Counted from the stretch's first letter, positions 1 through 13,725 are shown. The stretch: DNA of 64,000 bases from Vibrio sp. (GCF_047973365.1 NZ_JBKEBW010000027.1:7251-71250); one strand, 5' to 3'. Numbers and translations are program-made. Notes: generated by a model not told the origin, from the letters alone.

Positions 1-518
1 ACATATCCAGCGATGATGTAATAATGAATGGGGTCGCCAACAATGATCCGATAACAACCAAGAGTGATACCAATAGCCACACCCAATGCTACTGCAACTC
101 TCAAACCATTGACTGATATTGCCCCACCAGACACTTGATTCGCTTTAATGGCAACCGCAATCAACGATGGTTCAGCGATAGTGGTACTAAAGCCGATAGA
201 AAATGCAAACAGATATACCCAGTAGTAATCCACCCACTCAAGTTTTTCGCCAAGGCTTATTCGATATTCTGTAAGTAAATCCGGTGACGTTAACTGCATC
301 GCCATGGTTTTTCCTAAAGGAAACAGCGCAAACTCTAATCCAAGCAAAAACAGCGTAAGACCAAGAATCACATACACAAACCCCACCAGCACCCTCATTG
401 GGTTTGCCACCGGTTTACGCAAAATAACCAACTGAAAGCCGATAATGATAACCGCTATCGGGAAGACGTCCTGCAGCGTGGATATCAAAGTGGAATAGAA
501 AGTGGAGAGTGAAATCAT
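1..518 (-). CDS. DUF1538-family membrane protein (3' part runs off the window)
   Basis: ATG at 518 overlaps the TGA of the upstream paralog (ATGA). Translation [22 protein letters not shown]...GLELALFPLG...[10 protein letters not shown] resembles ORF 515-1249. Confidence 0.8.
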   Translation of the reverse strand, partial: MISLSTFYSTLISTLQDVFPIAVIIIGFQLVILRKPVANPMRVLVGFVYVILGLTLFLLGLEFALFPLGKTMAMQLTSPDLLTEYRISLGEKLEWVDYYWVYLFAFSIGFSTTIAEPSLIAVAIKANQVSGGAISVNGLRVAVALGVAIGITLGCYRIIVGDPIHYYIIAGY

Positions 519-1249
519 GTCATCACCATGCCAAATGCCATGACAAAGATCATCGGCAACAATGAAGCAAATGCGATAAGACCAAATCCATCCAGCATAG
601 GATTTCTGCCTTTGATCGCAGAAGCAAGCCCAATACCTAAAGCTGTCACTAAAGGAACCGTAATGGTTGAGGTCGTCACACCTCCTGAGTCATAAGCCAC
701 GCCGATAATACTCGGCGGAGCAAAAGCCGTCATAACAACCACAGCGACATAACCCATCGCAATCATATAATGGAGCGGCCAACCTTTTATAATTCGAATC
801 ACCCCCAATACGATGGCAATCCCTACTGATAAAGCAACCGTCAGCCTCAGACCATTGGCATAGCCTTTCATCTCTTGTTCTGAATCGACAATCATCCCAC
901 CTTCTGCCGCCACTTTTGCCGCTTCAGTAGCAATAGAGGTGAGCGCTGGCTCAGCAATGGTCGTTCCAAACCCCAAACAAAAGGCAAATGCCAATAGCCA
1001 GAAGACGCTCCCTTTTCTCGCAAAGGCTTGAGCCATAGACTCACCAATTGGAAACAATCCCATTTCTAAACCGAAAATAAAGAAAGTCAGCCCGAGAACG
1101 ACGAGAATCAAGCCAAACAACACGCTGAGAAAATTAGGAAAGACATCCGGCAAAACAAACCATTGGAAAAAAGCGATGACCATTACGATTGGCATCAAAT
1201 CTCGCACACTTACTAACATCGCTTTCAACAGTGCTGCCAATCCGGACAT
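515..1249 (-). CDS. DUF1538-family membrane protein
   Basis: Motifs [25 protein letters not shown]. Start set at ATG 1249 behind AGGAGG RBS. Confidence 0.8.
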   Translation of the reverse strand: MSGLAALLKAMLVSVRDLMPIVMVIAFFQWFVLPDVFPNFLSVLFGLILVVLGLTFFIFGLEMGLFPIGESMAQAFARKGSVFWLLAFAFCLGFGTTIAEPALTSIATEAAKVAAEGGMIVDSEQEMKGYANGLRLTVALSVGIAIVLGVIRIIKGWPLHYMIAMGYVAVVVMTAFAPPSIIGVAYDSGGVTTSTITVPLVTALGIGLASAIKGRNPMLDGFGLIAFASLLPMIFVMAFGMVMT

Positions 1250-1452
1250 ACTTCCTCCTATCGTTCTATTCGCCACTAGCATGACAAAAGAGCCTTTAAG
1301 TCGCTGTGACCTAGGTACAGGGCTGAGGAAAAAATGATCGCAAGCAAAACAGTGTATTGGCAGCGACCATTGAATCTCGTACTCTGATAGAACACAGAAG
1401 AGCTTCGAGTAAGCCTAGAATAATGCCTATACTTAGCGACAAAGGAGAGGCT

Positions 1453-2367
1453 ATGAACATATTGATTACTGGTGGGACAGGCTTTATTGGCCGTGAGTTA
1501 TTGAAGCTACTCATGACCGAGCAGATAACCGTGTTAACGCGCAATACTGAAAATGCCAAACGCCAACTCAACCATATTCATAGCGGGAATCTTAATTTCA
1601 TTAACTCTCTGCAGGATTTACAGGATCTCAATCACTTTGACGCAGTGATTAACTTAGCCGGAGAACCGATTGCCAATAAGCGTTGGAGCAAGAAACAAAA
1701 GTCACGCATTTGTCGCAGCCGTTGGGACATTACTGAGCAATTAGTATCACTCATTCACGCCAGCACTAAACCACCAGCAGTATTCATTAGCGGTTCTGCG
1801 GTTGGCTATTATGGCGATCAACAATCTCATCCTTTTGATGAGAGCTTGCATGTTCATCACGAAAGTTTCTCTCATCAAGTGTGTGATACGTGGGAACAAA
1901 TTGCTGTGCGGGCACAGTCAGACAGAACCAGAGTCTGCATTCTGAGAACCGGGGTGGTCCTTTCACCTCAAGGTGGTGCGTTACAGAAAATGCTTCCACC
2001 GTACAAATTCGGGGTGGGTGGCCCCATTGGTTCCGGTCAACAGTACATTCCCTGGATACATATGACAGATATGGTTCAGGCAATTATATTTCTACTCACA
2101 ACCGAACATGCACAAGGTCCTTTTAACCTCAGCGCACCACACCCTGCAACGAATGCACTATTTAGCCAAAATCTAGCATCTGTGATTAAACGCCCTCACA
2201 TCTTGTTCACACCTAAGTGGGCGATAAAACTACTCATGGGAGAAGCGGCGGAACTGTTACTCGATAGTATGCGGGCAAAGCCTAAAAAATTGACCGAGTT
2301 AGGATTTCAGTTTCAGTTTTCTCATATCGAACCCGCACTAAAAAATTTACTTCAACACGCGGGTTAA
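1453..2367 (+). CDS. yfcH: TIGR01777-family NAD-dependent epimerase (YfcH-like)
   Basis: MNILITGGTGFIG, AVINLAGEPIA, GSAVGYYG, PWIH; AGGAG RBS before ATG 1453. Confidence 0.9.
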   Translation: MNILITGGTGFIGRELLKLLMTEQITVLTRNTENAKRQLNHIHSGNLNFINSLQDLQDLNHFDAVINLAGEPIANKRWSKKQKSRICRSRWDITEQLVSLIHASTKPPAVFISGSAVGYYGDQQSHPFDESLHVHHESFSHQVCDTWEQIAVRAQSDRTRVCILRTGVVLSPQGGALQKMLPPYKFGVGGPIGSGQQYIPWIHMTDMVQAIIFLLTTEHAQGPFNLSAPHPATNALFSQNLASVIKRPHILFTPKWAIKLLMGEAAELLLDSMRAKPKKLTELGFQFQFSHIEPALKNLLQHAG

Positions 2368-2494
2368 CTTTAGCAAGGTATTAAATATATTTTTCTTAGC
2401 GAGAACATTGTCATTGATTCGCAACATTCACCGTCAATACTGCGCAGATATTAAGCAAACTATTTATATTAAGTAAGGTGTGTTGAGTTCATCT

Positions 2495-2560
2495 ATGACA
2501 TTAAACCAGTGTAATTGGCTTGGTATTTGTATTGCACTCATTGTAATTGTGTCTCTCTAA
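2495..2560 (+). CDS. Candidate 21-aa hydrophobic small protein (possibly 25 aa from TTG 2483)
   Basis: MTLNQCNWLGICIALIVIVSL* in the yfcH-ybbN gap; TAAGGTG upstream. Confidence 0.3.
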   Translation: MTLNQCNWLGICIALIVIVSL

Positions 2561-2676
2561 TACCTTACAATACCCCCAGTAGCCAACGATTATTAAAGGC
2601 TTGAATTGCTAAATTCCGCCCCCATTTTAATTGCATACCATCAGTGCTCAAAATGCAGTTGCTATAAGGAATGCCC

Positions 2677-3531
2677 ATGCAGTCACCCTATATTGTTGAC
2701 GTTAGCCAACACAATTTTCGTCAGGTACTTGAAAGCTCAGCATCAACACCCATCCTGTTTTACTTTTGGGCACCCGTAAGCCAAGAAAGCGTTCAGATGA
2801 TCCCTGCACTTCAGCAACTGACGCAACAATACAGTGGTGTATTCACATTGGCGATGCTGAACTGCCAGGATGAACAAGCCATTGCAGCTCAATTTGGTGT
2901 GCAAGCTTTACCAACCATAGCCTTATTTATCAATGGACAGCCGGTCGATGGCATCGGAGGTCCTCAACCTATCGAAGCCGTACAACAGATGCTGAACCGT
3001 CATTTACCTAGCCAGGAGGAAATGACATTCAATCAGGCATTAGAGTTAATTCAAACTCAGCAGCACCAACAAGCGCTGTCGCTTCTTTTAACATTACCTG
3101 AAGATCTAAAACGCAAAGGCGACGTAAAACTTGCACTGGCAGATTGCTTTATTGAAACAGGACAGATAGAAGCCGCAAAAGCTGAGTTGCAATCTATCCC
3201 ACTAGAATATCAAGATAGCTACTACAAAAGCCTAATAGCGAAACTAGAACTGCATGACCAAGCCTCTAACAGCCCAGAAATTCAGGCGTTGGAAACAGCA
3301 CTGTCCGCCAACCCAGGTGATGCCAAAATCGCGGTGGAACTCGCAACTCAGTACCATCAAGTGAAACGAGATGAAGAAGCACTTGAACTTTTATGGCGCT
3401 TTATAAAATCCGATTTGAATACACTGAATGGTGAGGTAAAAAAAACCTTTATGGATATTCTTAATGCTATCGGTCAAGGTAACAGCATCACCAGCAAATA
3501 TCGCCGTCAGCTATACTCTCTCCTATACTAA
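2677..3531 (+). CDS. ybbN: Thioredoxin-like/TPR co-chaperone YbbN (CnoX)
   Basis: Trx fold lacking CxxC (FYFWAPVS, AAQFGVQALPT); C-terminus YRRQLYSLLY. Confidence 0.92.
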   Translation: MQSPYIVDVSQHNFRQVLESSASTPILFYFWAPVSQESVQMIPALQQLTQQYSGVFTLAMLNCQDEQAIAAQFGVQALPTIALFINGQPVDGIGGPQPIEAVQQMLNRHLPSQEEMTFNQALELIQTQQHQQALSLLLTLPEDLKRKGDVKLALADCFIETGQIEAAKAELQSIPLEYQDSYYKSLIAKLELHDQASNSPEIQALETALSANPGDAKIAVELATQYHQVKRDEEALELLWRFIKSDLNTLNGEVKKTFMDILNAIGQGNSITSKYRRQLYSLLY

Positions 3532-3685
3532 TCAACACTATGGATAGGCAGGTCAATAACACCTGCCTTTTTTCTGAAGTCAATTACAAAACCGATGCCA
3601 ATATATTGTCCATCAATGAACTATACGACACACTGCATATCGGGCTAGTTACCCCATTACATAATTAACTCAATAAGGACATGTT

Positions 3686-4615
3686 ATGGCGTTTGATTCA
3701 CTCATTGCTATCGGTGTGTTTGTTTTTCTGGCAATTGTTTTCATTTTTTCAGCGGTCAAAACCGTTCCTCAAGGAAACAACTGGACCGTAGAACGGTTTG
3801 GTCGCTACACCCACAGCTTAAAACCGGGTTTGAATATAATTATTCCATTTATTGACAGAGTTGGACGTAAGATCAACATGATGGAACGGGTGCTTGATAT
3901 CCCCGCTCAAGAAGTCATCAGTAAAGATAACGCTAACGTTGTTATCGATGCAGTCTGTTTCGTTCAAGTCATCGACGCCGCAAAGGCAGCGTATGAAGTG
4001 AATGACTTGGAAAACGCAATTCGTAACCTCACGCTCACCAACATGCGTACGGTACTCGGCTCCTTAGAACTCGATGAGATGCTCAGTCAGCGTGACATGA
4101 TCAACACCAAATTACTGGCCATTGTTGACCAAGCAACCAATCCTTGGGGTATCAAAGTCACTCGGATCGAAATCAAAGATGTACAACCACCTACAGACCT
4201 GACTGAGGCGATGAATGCGCAAATGAAAGCAGAGCGTATGAAACGTGCATCGATTCTCGAAGCCGAAGGTGTTCGCCAGGCGGAAATTCTTAAAGCAGAA
4301 GGTCAAAAGCAGTCTGAAATTCTCAAGGCTGAGGGTGAGAAGCAAGCAGCAATACTGCAAGCGGAAGCCCGTGAACGTGCAGCAGAAGCGGAAGCGAGAG
4401 CCACTGAAATGGTTTCTCAAGCAATCGCACAAGGTGATATGCAAGCGGTGAATTACTTTATAGCACAGGGTTATACCGATGCATTGAAAGCCATTGGCCA
4501 AGCGGAAAACGGTAAAATCATTATGCTTCCGTTAGAAGCTACGGGGCTCATGGGTTCTGTCGCTGGCATCGCTGAAATGTTCAAACAAACCAACAAAAAA
4601 GAGGTTGATTCTTGA
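3686..4615 (+). CDS. qmcA: SPFH/Band 7 protein QmcA
   Basis: [24 protein letters not shown] repeats; adjacent to an NfeD-like gene. Confidence 0.92.
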   Translation: MAFDSLIAIGVFVFLAIVFIFSAVKTVPQGNNWTVERFGRYTHSLKPGLNIIIPFIDRVGRKINMMERVLDIPAQEVISKDNANVVIDAVCFVQVIDAAKAAYEVNDLENAIRNLTLTNMRTVLGSLELDEMLSQRDMINTKLLAIVDQATNPWGIKVTRIEIKDVQPPTDLTEAMNAQMKAERMKRASILEAEGVRQAEILKAEGQKQSEILKAEGEKQAAILQAEARERAAEAEARATEMVSQAIAQGDMQAVNYFIAQGYTDALKAIGQAENGKIIMLPLEATGLMGSVAGIAEMFKQTNKKEVDS

Positions 4616-5061
4616 TTGAATTATTATCTGAGCTAAACCATTGGCACTGGTTAGCGTTTGGCTTATGCCTGCTAGCCATCAAGCTATTGGGCACAGCTGG
4701 CTATTTCCTCTGGCTTGGGATATCTGCCCTGATTGTGGGCGTGGTTGTCGCTTTCTTACCGATAAGTTGGCAACTGCAATGGATTTCATTTGCAAGCTTC
4801 TCACTTATCACCACTTGGTTATGGTGGAGAAAGCAGCTCTCAACAGACAAACAAGATGATGCGCAACGAGCGTTGAATCAGAAAGATAAGCAGTTGATTG
4901 GCAGAACCTCTGTTGTAGAACAGGACGTAGAAAGTGGGCAATTTCGTCTGGTACTTGGCGATACCACCTGGACAGCAGAATGTGATATGCCATTAAAAAC
5001 AGGAACTCGAGTAAAGGTGGTTCATGTTGATGGCATTGTGGTAAAAGTCGAGCCGATTTAA
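4612..5061 (+). CDS. ybbJ: NfeD-like membrane protein YbbJ
   Basis: Hydrophobic N-terminus, LNQK..QLIG, GDTTWTA OB-fold; overlaps qmcA stop. Confidence 0.88.
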   Translation: MIELLSELNHWHWLAFGLCLLAIKLLGTAGYFLWLGISALIVGVVVAFLPISWQLQWISFASFSLITTWLWWRKQLSTDKQDDAQRALNQKDKQLIGRTSVVEQDVESGQFRLVLGDTTWTAECDMPLKTGTRVKVVHVDGIVVKVEPI

Positions 5062-5127
5062 TGCTGTACCTAACCAATAGTTGTTGCTAAAGAAAATAGG
5101 CAAACTGAATAAATGGCTTGCCTATTT

Positions 5128-5526
5128 TCAACGGCAACAATGTCCCTTTAAGTCATCAATGATAGGACACTCACTCCCTTCATCGCCTGGGCATTCCTGT
5201 ACCCATACTTCAAGTTGCTGCTTAATCACTGTGAGCTCTTTAAGTTTCTGCTCAACATTCTTGAGTTTCTGCTGTGCTTTTTCTTTCACCGCAAAGCTGC
5301 TTCTTTGCGGATCGTTCGCTAAATTAAGCATCGCTTTACACTCATCAAGACTAAAGCCAACACCTTTGCATCTTGCAATCAGATTCAGATCATCCACATG
5401 CTGGTTGTGATAATCACGATAACCATTGTCTAGTCGATGTGGCGGCTTAATCAGCCCTTTTTGTTCATAAAGCCTGATCGATTTTGCCGTTAGCCCGGTC
5501 TTTTTAGATACTTCACTGATGTTCAT
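5128..5526 (-). CDS. cueR: Cu(I)-responsive MerR-family regulator CueR
   Basis: MNISEVSKKTGLTAKSIRLYE HTH; CPGDEGSECPII metal loop. Confidence 0.93.
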   Translation of the reverse strand: MNISEVSKKTGLTAKSIRLYEQKGLIKPPHRLDNGYRDYHNQHVDDLNLIARCKGVGFSLDECKAMLNLANDPQRSSFAVKEKAQQKLKNVEQKLKELTVIKQQLEVWVQECPGDEGSECPIIDDLKGHCCR

Positions 5527-5588
5527 AATTAAACTGACACAAATTAAAGACACAGCTAGACCATGCCTTTAATTTATCAAAATAGCAA

Positions 5589-6401
5589 TTATTCCTGACG
5601 GATCAGCCAAGATAAGATCTCAGACTTCTCGTCCTTAGTGGCTTTTTGATACCAATAAGCCATCATTTCAACGGGTTTACTCTCTGTTTGAATGACCTTG
5701 GTAACCGAAGTTCTTTGACTAAATGCCCAGTCAGCAAACTGCTTTTGCTCTTGCGCAGAACCTTCATTAAACCAGTATTGAACCATATCTTGAGATTTAC
5801 TCTTGATCTCTGCAGGTAATGTTGTCACAGCTACTGCTTGTTGAGGCTGTTTATTCATGACATAAGCAGCTTCTTGTTTAACGGCATTAAAATACGCTTT
5901 AGGTACAGAGAACATGACAACATTTTTTTTAGTCTTAGATGCCAGAGTGAACTCTACTTTATCGCCTTTGAATTGAGATATTGATGCTTCGCTTAAAGGA
6001 AATTGAAACCATTGTGTGACAGTGCAGTGTTCGGTACATGTTTCCGCTTGCGGACGATAGTCAACAATCAATGTTTGTTCATTGTTTACAGTAACACTAT
6101 CAAATCGGTCATAACTTTTAAATGTGGTAACATTCATGTCAACATAAGATTCGTTTACATCAACATTAGATTCTTTGGCAAAATTGCCGACATAAAACAG
6201 TGACGATTTAACCACGTCAGTACCGGTAACAGCGTGACTATCGGGCATTATGTCCTTGGCAACCACCTGCACGTAGTTGTGCCTTTCCTTTACCGAACTC
6301 GCGACATCATCAAATGCACTAGAGCTGTCTAACGTACTGCAGCCACTTAAAAGTAAAATCGCAGAAGCTAATAATGATGTTTTATTTATCGTCATACTCA
6401 T
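5589..6401 (-). CDS. Uncharacterised lipoprotein downstream of chitoporin
   Basis: Lipobox LLSGC; two repeated C-terminal helical motifs (M-x-x-YW...W). Confidence 0.8.
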   Translation of the reverse strand: MSMTINKTSLLASAILLLSGCSTLDSSSAFDDVASSVKERHNYVQVVAKDIMPDSHAVTGTDVVKSSLFYVGNFAKESNVDVNESYVDMNVTTFKSYDRFDSVTVNNEQTLIVDYRPQAETCTEHCTVTQWFQFPLSEASISQFKGDKVEFTLASKTKKNVVMFSVPKAYFNAVKQEAAYVMNKQPQQAVAVTTLPAEIKSKSQDMVQYWFNEGSAQEQKQFADWAFSQRTSVTKVIQTESKPVEMMAYWYQKATKDEKSEILSWLIRQE

Positions 6402-6470
6402 TGTCCTTGAGAGCTAGGTAAAACACCGGCGCTAGGCCGGTGTTTTGATTAAGAAAAACACGTGGAACAA

Positions 6471-7481
6471 TTAGAAACCATATTCCATACCGATACGCAC
6501 AAATGCTTTTTTGTCATCGGCGTTATAAGCATCATGTTGACCTACACGTAAGTAAGGTACAAAGCCATTTTTCACGTACATGAGCTGAGCAGACAACACT
6601 TCATCATCATCGCCTTGCTTCGCACCATTCACTTCAGACTCGAGGTTTGCCGCGTAACCCACTTTCACACCCCAAGGGCCGTTCCAGTACTGACCGATAA
6701 TAGAGTATTGACCTTGTTCCGCTTCTTGCCCCGCGTAAGCGGTATGTTTAGATTCACCTTCGTTATACTTATAAGAACCCGCTAAACCAAAGCCTGCTGG
6801 CAAAGGCAATTCGAAACCAACGATGTAAGCCGTAGAATCGATAGTTCCACCACCATATTTAGCATTCGACTCGTAACCACCGTGTAGGGTAATGATGTCC
6901 GCAACGTTATAGTGAATACCGAAGCCTAAGTGGTTTGAACCATCAACACTGGTATCACCACGCCCCACTGAAGCATTGAAAGTTAAACCACCAAACGCTG
7001 GTGAGTCATATCGTGCAATATCGCCTTTACGGTCATAGTGAGCTTTAACGTCACCGCCCCAGTCAAACACTCGACCTAGACCTGGGTTAGAATATGGCCA
7101 GTCAACAATTTCATATAATGGCGTTAGCATACGACCGAAGCGAACTTTACCCCAGTCACCTTGTAAACCTAAGAATGTGTCACGAGCACCAAGTGTTGAA
7201 CCTGTGCCATCTTCACCAACATAACCTGATTCGATTTGCATGAATACGTTCACGTTATCAAACATGTCTTTGCTGGCACGGAAACCAATACGAGATTCGT
7301 TTTCGTAGTCATAGCCCGAACTGTCTTCCTGATAGAAAGCAGATATTGCAGCAACACCGTAGGCATGAACATTGAAATCAGAAAGGACGCCGATTTGGCC
7401 GGTTTCGCCTTCTGCGAAGGCTGATGTGGACGCGATAGCAATCGCCGCACCAAGAAGGGTGCGTTTACATACTTTTTCCAT
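6471..7481 (-). CDS. chiP: Chitoporin (chito-oligosaccharide porin)
   Basis: Signal peptide, ENESRIGFRA, LTPLYEIVDWPYSNPGLG, C-terminal EYGF; located between ligA and cueR as in other vibrios. Confidence 0.85.
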   Translation of the reverse strand: MEKVCKRTLLGAAIAIASTSAFAEGETGQIGVLSDFNVHAYGVAAISAFYQEDSSGYDYENESRIGFRASKDMFDNVNVFMQIESGYVGEDGTGSTLGARDTFLGLQGDWGKVRFGRMLTPLYEIVDWPYSNPGLGRVFDWGGDVKAHYDRKGDIARYDSPAFGGLTFNASVGRGDTSVDGSNHLGFGIHYNVADIITLHGGYESNAKYGGGTIDSTAYIVGFELPLPAGFGLAGSYKYNEGESKHTAYAGQEAEQGQYSIIGQYWNGPWGVKVGYAANLESEVNGAKQGDDDEVLSAQLMYVKNGFVPYLRVGQHDAYNADDKKAFVRIGMEYGF

Positions 7482-7705
7482 GGAAAAACTCCTAAAAAAT
7501 AGTCATAGCTGTTTGTTTTGTCTCTCTTAAGTTGGCCGCCGAAGAGAAGACTAATTTTTGAGTATTATTGCGATTAAAATCGCCTTAAAAACTCTGAATG
7601 TACGAGTACATTCATATAACTAGACTAACTTGATAGAGTAAAACATCAATGAGAACTTAATTTTCGACTAAAAAAATATGAACTCGAGCAAACTTTAACC
7701 AAGTA

Positions 7706-7721
7706 AGTGATCGAGATCTCA
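7706..7721 (-). promoter_or_regulatory. Possible CRP site upstream of chiP
   Basis: TGAGA-N6-TCACT on minus strand versus TGTGA-N6-TCACA consensus. Confidence 0.45.
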
Positions 7722-7969
7722 ATCTCAAGAAGGAAAATTCAAATAAATAAAAACTTTGTTAAAAAACAATCAAATAGAAAAATAATATTTTACACAAATT
7801 GAAATTAGTCGCATATTTTTAAAGAAATATATGAGCAGATACAAACGGTTACATTAGATGAGTTGACGGGCTACAATGAAGTTTGTGACAAATATGTTTA
7901 AAGTTATTTTATGCATAAAAATAAAAGCCTCTGCAGTTATCTACAGAGACTTTTTTAAAATCAACCTTG

Positions 7970-9982
<2,013 letters not shown>

Positions 9983-10043
9983 TTATTCTCTCGAATCATG
10001 AAAAAAGGCTCCGACTTGGAGCCTTTTAATAATAACGGTTCAC

Positions 10044-10910
10044 TTACTGCTGATCAGCTTTCATCTTGAAATCTTGAATTTGTTTTCTATAAGCATCTAG
10101 ACGATCTGGAGTCATCATGTTACGCGCATCATCCAGTACGTTGCCGCTTAAATCATCTGCGATTTGTTGCGCCGTTTTCAACATCAATTTGAAATTCTGT
10201 GCTGGGTCGCCAAAACAAGGCAAAGTCATAAAAAATGAAATACCCTTAGTTGTAAACTCTGCCGGATCATCATGTTCTAATGTTCCAGGCTGCATCATAT
10301 TAGCAACGCTAAACAACACTTTTCCTGTTCCGGACATATCTGCATGGCGATGGAAAATATCCATCTCACCATACAGTAAACCATTTTGCTGCATGCTATC
10401 GAACAGCTTAGTACCGACAAATGGTTCGTTGCCTGAACAATGAACATTCACTACGATCACATCCACTTCATTAGATTGAGAAGAGGGCCGATCTTTATCA
10501 TCCGCGATGGTCGTCTGCGCGTCAGGGTTCGCTACAGAAACACCGTCATCGATTTCTTTTTCAGCCACCATAGAAGGGATTTCAACTTCCACAGTTTCCT
10601 CAATGGTTTCTAACGACGTTTCATTGTCAAAAATAGGGTCATAATCAGAAATCAATGGATCTTCTTTTGGCTCTGCATCTGAGAGACCAAAATCCGGCTC
10701 TTTACGCTCCTTACGAATAATCTCGTAATCGTCTTCCGGAGCAAATGCACGCGACGGTACTAAATCTTCTTTCTCAACATCTATCTTACCAAATGGCTTA
10801 TCGCCAAACTTAGATTTCCCTTCTTTCTTGTTGGTCCAAAGACCATGAAACAGCAAAGCGGCTATCGCTAGCGCGCCGACAATAATGAGTACGAATCGCA
10901 ATTCCTGCAT
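10044..10910 (-). CDS. zipA: Cell division protein ZipA
   Basis: [25 protein letters not shown] anchor; [15 protein letters not shown]. Confidence 0.96.
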   Translation of the reverse strand: MQELRFVLIIVGALAIAALLFHGLWTNKKEGKSKFGDKPFGKIDVEKEDLVPSRAFAPEDDYEIIRKERKEPDFGLSDAEPKEDPLISDYDPIFDNETSLETIEETVEVEIPSMVAEKEIDDGVSVANPDAQTTIADDKDRPSSQSNEVDVIVVNVHCSGNEPFVGTKLFDSMQQNGLLYGEMDIFHRHADMSGTGKVLFSVANMMQPGTLEHDDPAEFTTKGISFFMTLPCFGDPAQNFKLMLKTAQQIADDLSGNVLDDARNMMTPDRLDAYRKQIQDFKMKADQQ

Positions 10911-11147
10911 CTTAAACTCTCAGCTTCTCGATTTTTGATGTCCTGAATTTCACGCTTTCGAAGAACGTCAACCAGAGGCAAAATTTCTTATATCCGGATA
11001 CTCTACCAAAACTCTACCCCGATTTAGAACAACTTAATGTTATAAGTTGAGATAACAATGTGATTTTTAGCACTCTTTCATTCTGATTTCGCTTGATTAC
11101 AATAGAATATTCAACTTTATGACACGTTAATAACACATGGAATAGCT

Positions 11148-11891
11148 ATGCAATTGAAACAGCGCTCTGGCTTGGGTTATTTTTTTTACGGATTCGAATT
11201 GGCTGTCTCACCCGGCATTCGACGTTTCGTAATTCTACCACTACTGGCCAATATATTATTAGTAGGCGGCGCCTTATATTATCTTTTCATTCACTTAGAT
11301 GAGTGGATCAACAGTTGGATGGGACACATTCCCGGCTTTTTATCCTGGCTTAGTTACCTACTGTGGCCACTGTTAGTGTTGACGATTCTGGCGACTTTTT
11401 CCTATTTTTTTAGCACATTAGCAAACTTTATTGCCGCGCCTTTTAATGGACTACTGGCTGAAAAGGTTGAACAAAAGCTAATTGGAGAAAAAATTAATGA
11501 GGACGGAGTGTTAGATTTCGTCAAAGACGTTCCGCGCATCATGGCTCGAGAATGGCGCAAGCTGGTCTATGTGTTACCTAAGGCGATTGGGTTATTTATC
11601 TTGCTGTTGATTCCAGCAGTTGGGCAGACCATTGGTCCCTTTGCGTGGTTTATCTTTACCGCATGGATGCTAGCGATTCAATACTGCGACTACCCGTTTG
11701 ATAACCATAAAATTTCGTTTCAGGACATGAAAAACAGTTTGAAACAAAAACAAAGCAAAGCTTATGGCTTCGGTATTCTGGTCGCCTTTCTGACAACAAT
11801 ACCTATTATTAATCTAATCGTAATGCCTGTCGCTGTTTGCGGCGCTACCGCAATGTGGGTGAACGAGTTTAAACGAGATTACAAAAGTTAA
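11148..11891 (+). CDS. cysZ: Sulfate transporter CysZ
   Basis: IAAPFNGLLAEKVE, QYCDYPFDNHK; between zipA and cysK. Confidence 0.95.
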   Translation: MQLKQRSGLGYFFYGFELAVSPGIRRFVILPLLANILLVGGALYYLFIHLDEWINSWMGHIPGFLSWLSYLLWPLLVLTILATFSYFFSTLANFIAAPFNGLLAEKVEQKLIGEKINEDGVLDFVKDVPRIMAREWRKLVYVLPKAIGLFILLLIPAVGQTIGPFAWFIFTAWMLAIQYCDYPFDNHKISFQDMKNSLKQKQSKAYGFGILVAFLTTIPIINLIVMPVAVCGATAMWVNEFKRDYKS

Positions 11892-12062
11892 CAAAGCAAT
11901 GTCATAACTTAAGTTAGGTAAACTGCTGAAAGAGCTCTTCTATCTATAAGATATAACGATTTAATCCTTTTACCTTTTCAAGTGAACACATATGCTCTTT
12001 TCGTATCCGCTAACGTATCGTCTTACCGATACCCAAACATGCGCAATGAAGGAATATAAACA

Positions 12063-13031
12063 ATGAGCAAAATCTACGAAGACAACTCACTTACTATTGG
12101 TAACACACCGCTAGTGCGACTAAATAAAGTCAGCAAAGGAAAAGTATTGGCGAAAGTTGAATCTCGCAACCCAAGCTTTAGTGTAAAATGCCGTATCGGT
12201 GCCAATATGATTTGGGAAGCAGAGAAGCAAGGCTTACTTAAACCGGGTGTGGAACTAGTAGAACCGACTAGTGGTAACACAGGTATTGCTCTTGCCTTTG
12301 TTGCTGCAGCTCGCGGTTACAAACTAACACTAACTATGCCTGAATCAATGAGTTTAGAACGTCGTAAACTGCTTAAAGCACTAGGTGCAAACCTTGAGCT
12401 GACTGAAGCGGCTAAAGGTATGAAAGGCGCTATTGCTAAAGCTGAAGAAATTGTTGCAAGCAACCCAGCAAAATATCTGCTACTACAACAGTTCAACAAC
12501 CCAGCTAACCCTCAGATCCACGAAAAAACGACTGGTCCTGAAATATGGCAAGCGACGGATGGTCAAGTTGACGTATTCATTGCAGGTGTTGGTACAGGTG
12601 GCACGCTAACAGGTACAACCCGTTACATCAAAGGTGAAAAAGGTAAAGCCATTATCTCTGTTGCTGTTGAACCAGCAGAATCGCCGGTGATCACTCAAGC
12701 ACTTGCAGGTGAAGAAATTAAGCCAGCACCGCACAAAATCCAAGGTATCGGCGCTGGTTTTATCCCTGGCAACCTAGATTTAGACCTGATTGACCGCGTT
12801 GAAACAGTCACTTCAGAAGAAGCCATTGATATGGCCCGTCGTCTAATGGAAGAAGAAGGTATCCTTGCAGGTATCTCTTCTGGCGCAGCAGTTGTTGCAG
12901 CCAATCGTTTGGCTGAACTTCCTGAATTTGAAGGAAAAACAATTGTAACTGTGCTACCAAGTTCAGGTGAACGTTACCTAAGCACAGCCCTATTTGCAGG
13001 CATTTTCAGTGAAAAAGAAAACCAGCAGTAA
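12063..13031 (+). CDS. cysK: Cysteine synthase A
   Basis: [16 protein letters not shown] lysine motif, EPTSGNTG. Confidence 0.98.
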   Translation: MSKIYEDNSLTIGNTPLVRLNKVSKGKVLAKVESRNPSFSVKCRIGANMIWEAEKQGLLKPGVELVEPTSGNTGIALAFVAAARGYKLTLTMPESMSLERRKLLKALGANLELTEAAKGMKGAIAKAEEIVASNPAKYLLLQQFNNPANPQIHEKTTGPEIWQATDGQVDVFIAGVGTGGTLTGTTRYIKGEKGKAIISVAVEPAESPVITQALAGEEIKPAPHKIQGIGAGFIPGNLDLDLIDRVETVTSEEAIDMARRLMEEEGILAGISSGAAVVAANRLAELPEFEGKTIVTVLPSSGERYLSTALFAGIFSEKENQQ

Positions 13032-13057
13032 TAGGTGGTTAAATCAAATTTTCCGCT

Positions 13058-13084
13058 AAAAAAGCCCCTTTACGGGGCTTTTTT
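13058..13084 (+). terminator. Intrinsic terminator after cysK
   Basis: AAAGCCCC-TTTAC-GGGGCTTTTTT. Confidence 0.85.
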
Positions 13085-13085
13085 G

Positions 13086-13144
13086 TTGACCCTATTGCTA
13101 CCTTTGGTAATATCACCCTGTTTTATTTTTAGCTTCAAAATAAA
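13086..13144 (+). promoter_or_regulatory. ptsH promoter followed by an Mlc/NagC-type operator
   Basis: TTGACC (13086-13091) and TAATAT (13108-13113); 23-bp TTTATTTT-N7-AAAATAAA palindrome at 13122-13144. Confidence 0.6.
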
Positions 13145-13327
13145 GAAGCGCTAAAAATTCAAGTTCAATGGTAACTGCCCACTCACAGGGAATACGATTG
13201 ACGAATTTTAGATCAGTATCAGTTCTAACACGAAAAGCGCGTTACTCTGCTAGCAGAATCGTAGTTCTACGGTTAAGCTAAAACTGGTTAATAAACTTAC
13301 AAAAAATAAATTATTGGGGTATATCAC

Positions 13328-13585
13328 ATGTACGAGAAGAAAGTAGAAATTACTGCAGAAAACGGTCTTCACACTCGTCCAGCAGCACAATTCGTAAAAG
13401 AAGCGAAAGCTTTCGATGCGGATATCACTGTAACTTCTAACGGCAAAAGTGCTAGTGCAAAGAGCCTATTTAAGCTTCAAACACTAGGCCTTGTTAAAGG
13501 TACTGTAGTAACTATCTCTGCAGAAGGTCCTCAAGCTCAACAAGCTGTTGACCACCTAGTAGCACTGATGGACCAACTTCACTAA
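13328..13585 (+). CDS. ptsH: Phosphocarrier HPr
   Basis: [21 protein letters not shown]. Confidence 0.98.
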   Translation: MYEKKVEITAENGLHTRPAAQFVKEAKAFDADITVTSNGKSASAKSLFKLQTLGLVKGTVVTISAEGPQAQQAVDHLVALMDQLH

Positions 13586-13725
13586 TCAGGTCTATTCCTA
13601 TTCAAAGCCATTTTACGTAAGTAAAGTGGCTTTGTTGGATATTATCCAAAGAATAAGCTAAAAATATCTTTAGCACCTGCGTCCATTTATCTCCCGTTTA
13701 CAGTTGACCAATTTAAGGTAAAGCT

